64,000 bases of DNA from Eubacteriales bacterium (GCA_045539625.1 JAZQFS010000025.1:18626-82625), one strand, 5' to 3'. Counted from the first letter of the stretch, positions 47,634 through 56,631 are shown. Numbers and translations: made by a program. The notes: generated by a model not told the origin, from the sequence alone.

Positions 47634-47893
47634 TTACTGTGCTTTAGGGACGTCTGCAATCCTTGTCAGAACAGTATTATCAATACGGTAAGCAAGCTTT
47701 ATACCGGTCAAAGCTCCGTCAACCGCTGTTTTGAAGGGCTGTGATATAAATTTTTCTGCTTTTTACATATACTATATTATACCCTTTTAATACACTTGTC
47801 AAATTTATTACATGAAAAACATAAAAATCCGAACAATTTTAATAAAATTTCCCATAATCGGATGTTCAATTTTTACATTTTTTTGCGATTGAT

Positions 47894-47986
47894 GAAAAAA
47901 AGCCCCATAAAATGAAATAACGCACCGAATCGGTGCGTCTGCAATCATGTAAAACAAGCTGCTATTTCATTCAAATGCCTAGGGGA
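47894..47986 (-). terminator. Compound terminator of the small-peptide gene
   Basis: On the minus strand, an outer stem CCCC..ATGAAATA / TATTTCAT..GGGG encloses an inner CGCACCG/CGGTGCG hairpin and ends in GGGGC-TTTTTTT. Confidence 0.6.
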
Positions 47987-48130
47987 TTAAAGTCCAAGTG
48001 AAGCCAAGCTTTCAAAAAGAACCTCTGCATTGATGAGAGCTTCGTTTTCTGCTTCTCCACTTGCGTTGAGGATATCCTGAGCCGAAACCGCGGACACTTC
48101 AACTTCGGGTGTTGCGTAAGTCTTCTTCAT
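47987..48130 (-). CDS. Small acidic peptide, 47 aa (MKKTYATPEVEVSAVSAQDILNASGEAENEALINAEVLFESLASLGL); paralog of 2372-2497
   Basis: ATG follows GGGAGGA. It has its own TTGACA-17-TACAAT promoter and its own terminator. It shares the N-terminal motif with the first peptide. It is below the ORF-track cutoff. Confidence 0.6.
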   Translation of the reverse strand: MKKTYATPEVEVSAVSAQDILNASGEAENEALINAEVLFESLASLGL

Positions 48131-48162
48131 AAGAAAAATCCTCCCACCTAATTGTTGCCTTC

Positions 48163-48191
48163 ATTGTACACCCGTCAAAGAAAAATGTCAA
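48163..48191 (-). promoter_or_regulatory. Sigma-A promoter of the small-peptide gene
   Basis: Minus strand has TTGACA (48191-48186), a 17 nt spacer, then TACAAT (48168-48163). Confidence 0.7.
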
Positions 48192-48294
48192 CTGTTATTT
48201 TTAACAAAATATCATTTTCGTTTTATGGTATATTGCACAAACAGCATAGCTTTAAACTTTTTTGGGATAACTTTGTTAAAAAACTGTAATCTCA

Positions 48295-48323
48295 TTGACA
48301 TTTGAGAGCTATGTGAATATAAT
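48295..48323 (+). promoter_or_regulatory. Sigma-A promoter of the marR-ABC operon
   Basis: TTGACA at 48295-48300, 17 nt spacer, TATAAT at 48318-48323. Confidence 0.75.
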
Positions 48324-48357
48324 AATTAACGTGTTAACAGTTAGCGTGTTAATTAAT
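48324..48357 (+). promoter_or_regulatory. Probable MarR operator
   Basis: AATTAACGTGTTAAC-AG-TTAGCGTGTTAATTAA is two copies of TTA(A/G)CGTGTTAA, each nearly palindromic. They lie between the -10 element and the RBS. Confidence 0.5.
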
Positions 48358-48375
48358 TTACAGGGAGTTGATAAG

Positions 48376-48849
48376 TTGTCACAAGTATTTGACAAAGAAC
48401 GTGCACACGATACCTTTTTCGGTATGCTTCAAACCGACAGGCTGCACAGAAGCGTGGTTGAGGATTTTCTGTCGGTGCTGGGAATACACAGAAGCCAGCA
48501 TCTTACACTGCTGTATCTGTCAAAATCCGAAAACTGTCCGTCGCAAAAGGCTATTGCAGAGCATTTTAAAATAAGTCCTGCCGCAGTTACGGTAACCTTG
48601 AAAAAGCTTGAAGAGGGCGGCTATATACTGCGCAGCAGCGTAGAAAAGGATTCAAGATACAACAGCATTGCCCTTTCCGAGAAAGGAAAAGAAGTTGTTG
48701 CACAGTCAAGAAAGCTTTTTGAGGAAACAGACATTGCAATGTTCAGCGAATTTACCGATGAGGAATACGAGCTGTTCAACAGATGCATAAACAAAATGAT
48801 GGACGGTCTTACCAAATTCAGGCAAAACCGCAACACAAATCAATTGTAG
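48376..48849 (+). CDS. MarR-family transcriptional regulator
   Basis: Winged-helix region (LTLLYL......SQKAIAEHF.ISPAAVTVTLKKLE..GYI.R......D.R.N.I.LSEKG). The TTG at 48376 lies 8 nt after GGGAG, whereas the track ORF start sits inside the promoter. Confidence 0.8.
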   Translation: MSQVFDKERAHDTFFGMLQTDRLHRSVVEDFLSVLGIHRSQHLTLLYLSKSENCPSQKAIAEHFKISPAAVTVTLKKLEEGGYILRSSVEKDSRYNSIALSEKGKEVVAQSRKLFEETDIAMFSEFTDEEYELFNRCINKMMDGLTKFRQNRNTNQL

Positions 48850-48865
48850 AAAGGAAGAATGTAAC

Positions 48866-50611
48866 TTGAATCGTTGGTTTAAATACATAAAGCCCTACCT
48901 GCCCTATTTCATACTTGGACCGTTATGTATGATTATCGAGGTGCTGGGCGAGGTTTTTATGCCCCGTCTTATGGCAAAAATCATTGACACGGCGGTAGTT
49001 GAAAACGTGGCAACAGGCAATTGGAAAGGCGTACTTATAATTGCGGCAGGTATGATTGTACTTGCACTTATAATGATGCTGGGAGGCGTTGGAGGCGCAT
49101 ACTTCGGTGCAAGAGCCTCTGTCAACTTCGGTGCAGACCTTCGTCTTGACGTCTACAGAAAAATACAGAAGTTTTCCTTTGCAAACATTGACAAATTCAA
49201 CACAGGCTCACTTGTTACACGTCTGACAAATGACGTAACACAGCTGCAGAACTTTGTCAATATGCTGCTTCGTATGTTTCTGCGCTCACCCGGTATGCTT
49301 ATCGGTGCCGTTATTATGGCAATACGCATAAATCCGAAGCTCGCTCTCATTCTTGCAATCACCATTCCCATAATGCTGTGCTTTATCGGCATTATCATTA
49401 AGGTAGGCTTTCCACGTTTCGGCAGAATGCAGACCAAAATCGATGCTCTCAACTCAACGGTACAGGAAAATCTTACCAACATCCGTGTTGTAAAGAGCTT
49501 TGTACGTGAAGAGCACGAGCAGGACAAATTTGAAACTGCAAACCGCAACCTTAAGCAAGCGGGTATTCACGCCATAAGCGTTATGATTTTTATGTCCCCT
49601 CTTATGATGCTTCTTATGCACCTGACCTCAATTGCCGTTATATGGTTTGGCGGCGGTCAGGTAATTGTGGGCACAATGAGTGTTGCGGATTTATCTTCCT
49701 TTATTACATATATCACACAGATTCTTATGTCCCTTATGATGTTCTCAATGCTGTTTATGAGCACCAGCCGTGCTTTTGCTTCTGGCAAGAGAATATGTGA
49801 GGTTATGGATGAAAAAATCGACCTTGATGATGCACTTGCTTCTCGGAAGGACAAGGAAGTTACCGAAGGTACAGTTGAATTCAAGGACGTATCCTTCCGT
49901 TACTACAAGGACAGCGAGGAAAAGGTGCTTAACAACATCAACCTTGTCATTCCCGCAGGAAAAACAGTGGGCATTATCGGCTCAACGGGAAGCGGTAAGA
50001 CAACACTTGTTTCTCTTATTCCAAGACTTTACGATGCCGACGATGGCGAGGTGCTTGTTGACGGTGTAAATGTAAAGGAATACTCCCTTAAAAACTTAAG
50101 AAACGGCGTAGGTATGGTGCTTCAGAAGAACGTGCTGTTTTCGGGAAGCATCAGGGACAATCTTCTCTGGGGTGACGAAAACGCAGACGACGAAACAATC
50201 ATAAACGCCGCAGAAAGTGCACAGGCACACACCTTCATTTCCTCCTTCAAGGACGGATATGACACCGAGCTTGAGCAGGGCGGAAGCAACGTTTCGGGCG
50301 GTCAGAAGCAAAGACTTTGTATTGCAAGAGCACTGCTGAAAAAGCCCAAGATTCTCATTCTTGACGACTCCACAAGTGCCGTTGACACAGCAACCGAAGC
50401 AAGAATAAGACACGCCTTTGCAAATGAGCTGCGTGACTCTACCAAAATCATCATTGCACAGCGTATCGGCTCTGTAAGGGATGCGGATATGATTATCGTT
50501 GTAAACGAAGGCGAAATCACAGGCATCGGAAGCCATGCACAGCTTCTTGAAAACAACAAGGAATATCAGGAAATATACTACTCACAGGTTGACGGAAAGG
50601 AGGACAAGTAA
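48866..50611 (+). CDS. ABC exporter, fused permease/ATPase (heterodimer half 1)
   Basis: Six-TM exporter domain followed by GSTGSGKTT, LSGGQKQR and ILILDDSTSAVD. TTG start follows GAAAGGAAG. Confidence 0.85.
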   Translation: MNRWFKYIKPYLPYFILGPLCMIIEVLGEVFMPRLMAKIIDTAVVENVATGNWKGVLIIAAGMIVLALIMMLGGVGGAYFGARASVNFGADLRLDVYRKIQKFSFANIDKFNTGSLVTRLTNDVTQLQNFVNMLLRMFLRSPGMLIGAVIMAIRINPKLALILAITIPIMLCFIGIIIKVGFPRFGRMQTKIDALNSTVQENLTNIRVVKSFVREEHEQDKFETANRNLKQAGIHAISVMIFMSPLMMLLMHLTSIAVIWFGGGQVIVGTMSVADLSSFITYITQILMSLMMFSMLFMSTSRAFASGKRICEVMDEKIDLDDALASRKDKEVTEGTVEFKDVSFRYYKDSEEKVLNNINLVIPAGKTVGIIGSTGSGKTTLVSLIPRLYDADDGEVLVDGVNVKEYSLKNLRNGVGMVLQKNVLFSGSIRDNLLWGDENADDETIINAAESAQAHTFISSFKDGYDTELEQGGSNVSGGQKQRLCIARALLKKPKILILDDSTSAVDTATEARIRHAFANELRDSTKIIIAQRIGSVRDADMIIVVNEGEITGIGSHAQLLENNKEYQEIYYSQVDGKEDK

Positions 50612-52501
50612 ATGGCAGGAAGAAATTTACAGGAGCTTAAAAGCCGTTACAACAGCTCCTCCTCAAAATTCGGCGGTTCGGGCGGTCCGGGCGGTCCGGG
50701 CGGCGGTCCGAGAGGACCGGGGGGTGCTGCAATGCGCGGTGCATCAAAGCCCAAAAACGTAATGCCAACCATAAAACGTCTTTTCGGATACATTTCACAG
50801 TACAAGGCAAAGCTGATTTTCGTTATGTTCTGCATGGCATTCAGCACAGGCTCTACACTTATTTCAGGCTATATGTTAAGACCTGTCATCAACAACATTG
50901 CAGACCTTAGCACCTCTGCTTCCGACAGAATCAAATATCTGATTGTAATGCTCGGCGTTTTGCTTGCCGTTTACTTTATCGGCGTTGCCTCCACCTACAT
51001 ACAGAGCAGAACCATGCTGAGAATATCACAAAGTGCCATTGAAACCTTAAGAAACGATTTATTCAGAAAGGTACAGCGTCTTCCTCTTCGTTTCCACGAC
51101 AACGAAAACACAGGCGAAATTATGAGCCGTTTTACCAACGACGTTGACAACATCGGTATGATGCTTGACTCAACAATTGTAAGCCTTGTTTCAGGCACCG
51201 TCACGCTTATCGGCACACTTTGCATGATGCTCTACACCAACGTATGGCTTTCAATTATCATTCTTGTGTGCACTCCCCTGTTTCTCAAGGCAGGCGGAAA
51301 GATTGCTTCTTCAAGCAGAAAATTCTATTCTGCACAGCAGGCGTCCTTAGGTGCTGTGAACGGCTACATTGAAGAGTCGGTTACGGGACAGAAGGTTGTA
51401 AAGGTATTCAACCACGAACAGGCTTGTATTGACGAGTTTGCACTTCTCAACGATGACCTGAGACGCACCCAGATAAACGCCAACTTCTTCGGCGGCATTA
51501 TGGGCCCCGTAATAGGAAATATGAGCCAGGTGAGCTACAGCATAACGGCAGGTGTGGGCGGTATTCTGTGTGCTCTGGGCAAATTCGACATCGGCGGTCT
51601 TACGGTTTTTGTAAACTACGCAAGACAGTTTTCACGTCCCATTAACGAAATATCAATGCAAATGACAACGGTTTTCTCGGCTCTTGCAGGTGCTGAACGT
51701 GTTTTTGCCGTAATGGACAAGGAACCTGAACAGCCCGACAGTGAAAATTCCGTTGCAATGCCCGATATGAAGGGACACGTAATCTTAGACAATGTATCCT
51801 TCGGCTATGTTCCAGAAAAGACGGTTCTTAAAAACATTTCGCTGTACGCAAAGCCGGGGCAAAAAATAGCTTTTGTCGGCTCGACAGGTGCAGGTAAAAC
51901 CACTGTTACAAACCTTCTCAACCGCTTTTATGATATTGACGAGGGCACAATAACCATTGACGGCGTAAACATCAAGGACATAAAGCGTGAGGATTTGCGA
52001 AAGAACATCACCATGGTGCTTCAGGACACCCACCTGTTCACAGGTACGGTTATGGAAAACATCCGTTACGGCAGACTTGATGCTACAGACGAGGAAGTCA
52101 TTGCCGCCGCAAAAACAGCAAGTGCACATTCCTTCATCATGCGACTTTCCGACGGCTACAATACAGTGCTTGAGGGAGACGGTGCAAACCTTTCTCAGGG
52201 ACAAAGACAGCTTTTAAACATTGCACGTGCGGCTCTCAGCAAAGCACCCATACTTGTTCTTGACGAAGCTACAAGCTCTGTTGACACAAGAACAGAACGT
52301 CACATTGAGCACGGCATGGACAGACTTATGAAGGACAGAACAACCTTTGTTATAGCTCACAGACTCTCCACGGTACGCAATTCAAACGCCATTATGGTGC
52401 TTGAAAACGGCGTGATAGTCGAAAGAGGCGACCACGATGACCTGCTGCGTCAGAAAGGCAGATACTACGAGCTTTACACAGGCAAAAAAGAGCTTGACTG
52501 A
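50612..52501 (+). CDS. ABC exporter, fused permease/ATPase (heterodimer half 2)
   Basis: Gly/Pro-rich N-terminus, then a TM domain and GSTGAGKTT, LSQGQRQL and LVLDEATSSVD. The ATG is adjacent to the upstream stop. Confidence 0.85.
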   Translation: MAGRNLQELKSRYNSSSSKFGGSGGPGGPGGGPRGPGGAAMRGASKPKNVMPTIKRLFGYISQYKAKLIFVMFCMAFSTGSTLISGYMLRPVINNIADLSTSASDRIKYLIVMLGVLLAVYFIGVASTYIQSRTMLRISQSAIETLRNDLFRKVQRLPLRFHDNENTGEIMSRFTNDVDNIGMMLDSTIVSLVSGTVTLIGTLCMMLYTNVWLSIIILVCTPLFLKAGGKIASSSRKFYSAQQASLGAVNGYIEESVTGQKVVKVFNHEQACIDEFALLNDDLRRTQINANFFGGIMGPVIGNMSQVSYSITAGVGGILCALGKFDIGGLTVFVNYARQFSRPINEISMQMTTVFSALAGAERVFAVMDKEPEQPDSENSVAMPDMKGHVILDNVSFGYVPEKTVLKNISLYAKPGQKIAFVGSTGAGKTTVTNLLNRFYDIDEGTITIDGVNIKDIKREDLRKNITMVLQDTHLFTGTVMENIRYGRLDATDEEVIAAAKTASAHSFIMRLSDGYNTVLEGDGANLSQGQRQLLNIARAALSKAPILVLDEATSSVDTRTERHIEHGMDRLMKDRTTFVIAHRLSTVRNSNAIMVLENGVIVERGDHDDLLRQKGRYYELYTGKKELD

Positions 52502-52532
52502 TTGTAAAAACAAAAAAACACTGACATATTAA

Positions 52533-52568
52533 ACGGGCACTCCCAAATCGGAGTGCCCGTTGCTTTTC
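52533..52568. terminator. Bidirectional terminator between convergent genes
   Basis: ACGGGCACTCC-CAAATC-GGAGTGCCCGT followed by TGCTTTTC. Confidence 0.8.
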
Positions 52569-52576
52569 ATTATCAA

Positions 52577-53290
52577 TTATTTTTCAAGCATTATGCTTAC
52601 TGCTTTATACGCTATTGCAAGTCCTGCCGCAGGCGGTACAAAGGCACTGCTTGCAGGGGTGCTTCTTGTTGCTTCACCTTCGTCATCAGGCTGAAACAGA
52701 GGTGATTTCGGCTCTTCCTCCGAATAAACCACCGTCAACTTTTTTATGCCGTTTTTCTTGCACAGCCCTCTCATAACCCTTGCAAGAGGGCAGGTCTTTG
52801 TCTTATAAATATCGGTAACGACAATTTTTGTGGGATCAAGCTTATTGCCCGTTCCCATTGAGCTGATTACGGGAATATCAAGCCGGCAGCAACGCTTTAC
52901 AATATCAATTTTTGCACTTACCGTATCAACGGCATCGATTACAAAATCATATTGGGAAAGGTCTATTTTCTCGGCGTTTTCGGGAAGATAAAACATATTG
53001 AAGGTTGTACACTCAATACAGGGATTTATCTGCTTAAGCCTTTGCCTCATAACCTCTGTTTTATACTGTCCGACAGTATCTTCAAGTGCAATAATCTGCC
53101 TGTTTCTGTTGGAAACGCTGACTTTATCGTTGTCCACAAGGTCAATTCTCCCCACACCGCTTCTTGCCAGTGCCTCGCACACATATCCGCCAACGCCTCC
53201 AACGCCGAAAACAATAACCTTTTTGCAGGACAGGCGTTGTACTGCATCATTTCCCACAAGCATCTCGAAGCGAAGAAATTTTTCACTCAT
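52577..53290 (-). CDS. tcdA: tRNA threonylcarbamoyladenosine dehydratase (ThiF/TcdA family)
   Basis: Contains VIVFGVGGVGGYV.EALARSGVG.I.LVD.D.V..SN.NRQ. Confidence 0.8.
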   Translation of the reverse strand: MSEKFLRFEMLVGNDAVQRLSCKKVIVFGVGGVGGYVCEALARSGVGRIDLVDNDKVSVSNRNRQIIALEDTVGQYKTEVMRQRLKQINPCIECTTFNMFYLPENAEKIDLSQYDFVIDAVDTVSAKIDIVKRCCRLDIPVISSMGTGNKLDPTKIVVTDIYKTKTCPLARVMRGLCKKNGIKKLTVVYSEEEPKSPLFQPDDEGEATRSTPASSAFVPPAAGLAIAYKAVSIMLEK

Positions 53291-54257
53291 TTGTGTTTTC
53301 CTCCTTTACGGGAGAGGTGCTTTTTCTCTTTTTTCTGCTTGTACGCCGCCTTGAAGGACGTCTTGTACCTGCCTTTTCAAAATACTCACGTGTTTTTTCA
53401 TCAAGTATGTAAATCTGCTGGCTGACGGAAAAGGTTTTCTGAGGCGTTTCGCAAATCTTTATAACCGCCATAAACGAGCCGTCCTTTTCACAGCAGCCTT
53501 CGATGTGATACTTGCTGTTGCCGATGCGTTTTGGCTTTTCAAGCTTCATTTTTTCTCCGCAGCAGGGACAGGCAGGACGTGTTATAAACTTATTTGCCCA
53601 TATATCGTCACGGTTTTTGATGTGCCTGAATTTTCTCTTTACAAGAACAGGACTTGTCTTATCCCCTTTTGCCTCGTGCGACGGCATATACTTGAGGTTT
53701 TCTATGCCCTTTTTGAGGTCAAGATGCTTGCACACCGCCGCCGTGTATTCTGCATCGTTAAGGGCATCGTGAAGCTGTTCGTCAACCGTTATGTCAAAGT
53801 AATCAAGAGCATAGGACAGTGCATACTGTCTTTTTTCAAGCCCCATCTGAGCGCAGAAAATCATCTGCAGATTATAATGGTTGGGTATCCATCTGTCATC
53901 CAGTCCGTGAAAGGCGTGGTTGTTGCGTAGTATTCTCACATCATCGTAGCCCCATATGAGAAGCACAAATTCTTCACCGCACCATTGTCTGAAGCTTTCC
54001 ATTGCTCCTTGAAAGCTGTCGCCCATATCAAGCATTTCATCTGTTATGCCCGTAAGCTGCTTTATGACCTTATTCATTGATGTCAGGCTTACGGGCTTTA
54101 TTATTTTTCTGAAGGACGAAAGGCGCAGAGCGTCTTCTGACAGCTTCACTGCACCTATCTGTATTATTTCGTTTTTCATACAAACGCCGTTTTTACACAG
54201 CACCGCCTCACCGTAGCCCGGCTGATTCCATTCCATGTCAAGAACTATATAATTCAT
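53283..54257 (-). CDS. DEDDh-type 3'-5' exonuclease with a C-terminal Cys-rich domain and basic tail
   Basis: Begins MNYIVLDMEWNQ (Exo I); also has IIQIGAVK and HDALNDAEYTA (Exo III). The C-terminus has CPCCG...CC and RRPSRRRTSRKKRK. The ATG at 54257 follows AGGAG. Confidence 0.7.
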   Translation of the reverse strand: MNYIVLDMEWNQPGYGEAVLCKNGVCMKNEIIQIGAVKLSEDALRLSSFRKIIKPVSLTSMNKVIKQLTGITDEMLDMGDSFQGAMESFRQWCGEEFVLLIWGYDDVRILRNNHAFHGLDDRWIPNHYNLQMIFCAQMGLEKRQYALSYALDYFDITVDEQLHDALNDAEYTAAVCKHLDLKKGIENLKYMPSHEAKGDKTSPVLVKRKFRHIKNRDDIWANKFITRPACPCCGEKMKLEKPKRIGNSKYHIEGCCEKDGSFMAVIKICETPQKTFSVSQQIYILDEKTREYFEKAGTRRPSRRRTSRKKRKSTSPVKEENTNE

Positions 54258-54348
54258 TTTACGCTCCTGCATTTTTATCATTGGAAACAGTATAACACAT
54301 TTTATCCGCCGTTTCAACGGTTTTTTCTGTTTTATTTTACTTATTTTT

Positions 54349-56631
54349 CTATTCCTCGAAGTTTTCCGACACCACAGCCTTTCCCATTCTGTCGCAAAGC
54401 TCCTTTGCCGCCTCAAAGTTCGCCGCCTCGCTGATGATTTTAAACCCTCTTACTCTTCCGGGTATTACCGTCACCGTCCCCGAGGAGGTTTTCACCGACA
54501 CTCCGTTTTCTCGGCGCTCTGCACTGCCGTAAAGACTGCAAAGCCTTTCCATGGAGTGTGCCCTGCTCTTTTCTCCGTAATAGGTATCGGTATATATTTC
54601 AAAAGCCGAAAGACCTTCCTTTATTTCCTTAATTCTTTTTCCGCTTACCGCCATAAGGCAAAGCAATGCGCAAAGACAAAAGCCCGCTTCCCTGCATACA
54701 AGAAAATCAAGAAGCTTTGCTTCAAGAAGCGCACTTGTAACGGAAAATATATTTTTGCAGTCTGCACCCGTTTTCTTGGCTTCTCTTTCAAATGAAAAGG
54801 GCTGGTTTTCATTTATATATGCTTGGGAAAGACCTATGTCCACCGTTTGCGGTGAATACAATGCACAAAGGCTGTGGTGAAAATCCATTTGGGAGCTGTT
54901 GTCCTTTACAGTAAAGCCTTCATTGTCAAATTTTACCGTAAGCTTATTGTTCCTGCTGTTATCGCTGTGGGTACAGAATTGGGAAATCACCGCCGAAAGT
55001 GCCTTTTTTCTCTCATTATCCTCACCGTCAAAGGAAACATCAAAATCAAAGCAAGGAAGTCCGCACAGCATATTTTTTATGCCCTGCTTTGCTGCAAGTG
55101 CATATATTTGTGAAGCTCCCTCAATCTTCAGAACACGGCATTTTTCGGACTCTTCACTTTCCTTTATGCGGCAGGATACGCTGTACTGTTTTGATATTTT
55201 TCTCTCGAGGCTGTCGGAGATTTTTTCGCCGCTTGGAGTGAAAAGTACAATTTCAGCCTTTTCTCCCATTCTTTCAACAACAGCCGTTACATCGGCAGGA
55301 TAATATACCGAAGCGAAAGCGGCGAGAGACGAATCGGCATCGGAAAGCTCAAGAACGGTAACATTGCCGCCGCAGCCTTCAATAAAGCTCTGTCTCAGTT
55401 TGCAATCTTCACATATGAGACATATGCTTATTTGCTTTTTGCCGTCTTCAATCGACAGGCACAGACTTCTTGCAAAATTTCCTACATCATCTTCACGGCA
55501 CACCGCCGTTCCGTCATCAACAAACATACTTTCGCCGTCCTTGGTAAAATTGTTTTTTATCATTCTTCCGTCACAGTACACAGAGGTGTTTTTTTCAAGC
55601 ACCGTTCCTTCCTTTATGACACAGCCGTCGGCTATAACGCAACCTTTTTCAAGTATGCAGTTTTCGCCAACCTTTACTCCGTCACCTATAATCACACCGC
55701 TTAAAGAGCTTCCTTTACCAATATACACTCCGTCTCCCAAAACACTGCCCGACACCGTGCAGTCTTTTTCCACCGTACAGTCATCACCGCACACAAAGCC
55801 GTCATCAAATACAACATTGCTTCCGATAACGGCGTTTTCGCCGATATATACGCTGTCCCTTGCATCGATGCCCACTTTTTTCAGCTTTTCCGAGAAAATT
55901 TCATCGGGTTTTACCGACAGCACCTGTCCTCTGCAGGCGTCTATATTACAACCAAGGTAATCGTCAAAGCTTCCTATATCGCACCAGTAGCCGTCGCAGA
56001 CTAACGTTCTCACATCATACCCCTCTTTTATAAGCCTCGGGAACAAATCCTTTGAAAAATCATATACTTTGTCTTTGGGTATTGCATCAACCGCACGCTT
56101 TGACAAAACATAAATTCCCGTATTCACCGTATCCGACACCACCTTTTTCCACGGCGGCTTTTCATCAAGCCCGTATACCTTTCCCTTTTCATCACACAAA
56201 ACAACGCCGAAGGATGTGGGATTGTCCCATCGTCTGCTGACTATTGTGACATCTGCTTTGCTGACGTTATGGAATAAGAGAATTTTTTCAAGGTCAAAGT
56301 CAAAAATTCCGTCTCCCGACAGCACAAGGACGGTTTCCCCGATGTTTTCACAGCATTTTTTCACTCCTCCTGCCGTACCCATAGGCGTTTCTTCAAGTAC
56401 AAGGCGGGCGTTTTTGTATTTGCTTATACACCGTTCCACACTCTGCCACTTATAGTGTGCCGATACCGAAATATCGCTCACCCCAAGGTTTTCAAGCTTT
56501 TCCATTGCTATGTCAAGTACGCTTTTGCCCAAGATTTTCATTAACGGCTTCGGGCGGCTGTCGGTAAGAGGTGCAAGTCTTGTGCCGAAGCCACCGGCAA
56601 GCACTACGGCGCTTATTTTTTTCGACTCCAT
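54349..56631 (-). CDS. Sugar-1-phosphate nucleotidyltransferase fused to a left-handed beta-helix and a phosphomannomutase-like C-terminal region
   Basis: AVVLAGGFGTRL.PLT...PKP motif, then hexapeptide repeats. The C-terminal ~400 aa has FDGEDNER (compare DGDGDR) and GTVTVIPGRVRGFKIISEA (compare the PGM domain 4 loop). I found no TASHNP-type phosphoserine motif. The ATG at 56631 was chosen as start. Confidence 0.65.
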   Translation of the reverse strand: MESKKISAVVLAGGFGTRLAPLTDSRPKPLMKILGKSVLDIAMEKLENLGVSDISVSAHYKWQSVERCISKYKNARLVLEETPMGTAGGVKKCCENIGETVLVLSGDGIFDFDLEKILLFHNVSKADVTIVSRRWDNPTSFGVVLCDEKGKVYGLDEKPPWKKVVSDTVNTGIYVLSKRAVDAIPKDKVYDFSKDLFPRLIKEGYDVRTLVCDGYWCDIGSFDDYLGCNIDACRGQVLSVKPDEIFSEKLKKVGIDARDSVYIGENAVIGSNVVFDDGFVCGDDCTVEKDCTVSGSVLGDGVYIGKGSSLSGVIIGDGVKVGENCILEKGCVIADGCVIKEGTVLEKNTSVYCDGRMIKNNFTKDGESMFVDDGTAVCREDDVGNFARSLCLSIEDGKKQISICLICEDCKLRQSFIEGCGGNVTVLELSDADSSLAAFASVYYPADVTAVVERMGEKAEIVLFTPSGEKISDSLERKISKQYSVSCRIKESEESEKCRVLKIEGASQIYALAAKQGIKNMLCGLPCFDFDVSFDGEDNERKKALSAVISQFCTHSDNSRNNKLTVKFDNEGFTVKDNSSQMDFHHSLCALYSPQTVDIGLSQAYINENQPFSFEREAKKTGADCKNIFSVTSALLEAKLLDFLVCREAGFCLCALLCLMAVSGKRIKEIKEGLSAFEIYTDTYYGEKSRAHSMERLCSLYGSAERRENGVSVKTSSGTVTVIPGRVRGFKIISEAANFEAAKELCDRMGKAVVSENFEE

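Noticed and set aside
46640-47640. Integrated mobile element or attachment-site scar at the tRNA genes
   Set aside because: No integrase, recombinase or transposase ORF is present, and I could not spot a duplicated tRNA 3' segment. This was not tested exhaustively and remains a formal alternative noted in the findings.
50647-50847. Minus-strand ORF, and the GGTCCGGGCGGTCCGGGCGG repeat as a separate element
   Set aside because: The short GC-rich repeat encodes the in-frame Gly/Pro-rich N-terminal tail of the second ABC exporter subunit. The antisense ORF is its mirror.
55364-55960. 198-aa plus-strand ORF, plus several smaller ones between 54556 and 56455
   Set aside because: They are antisense to the nucleotidyltransferase fusion gene.
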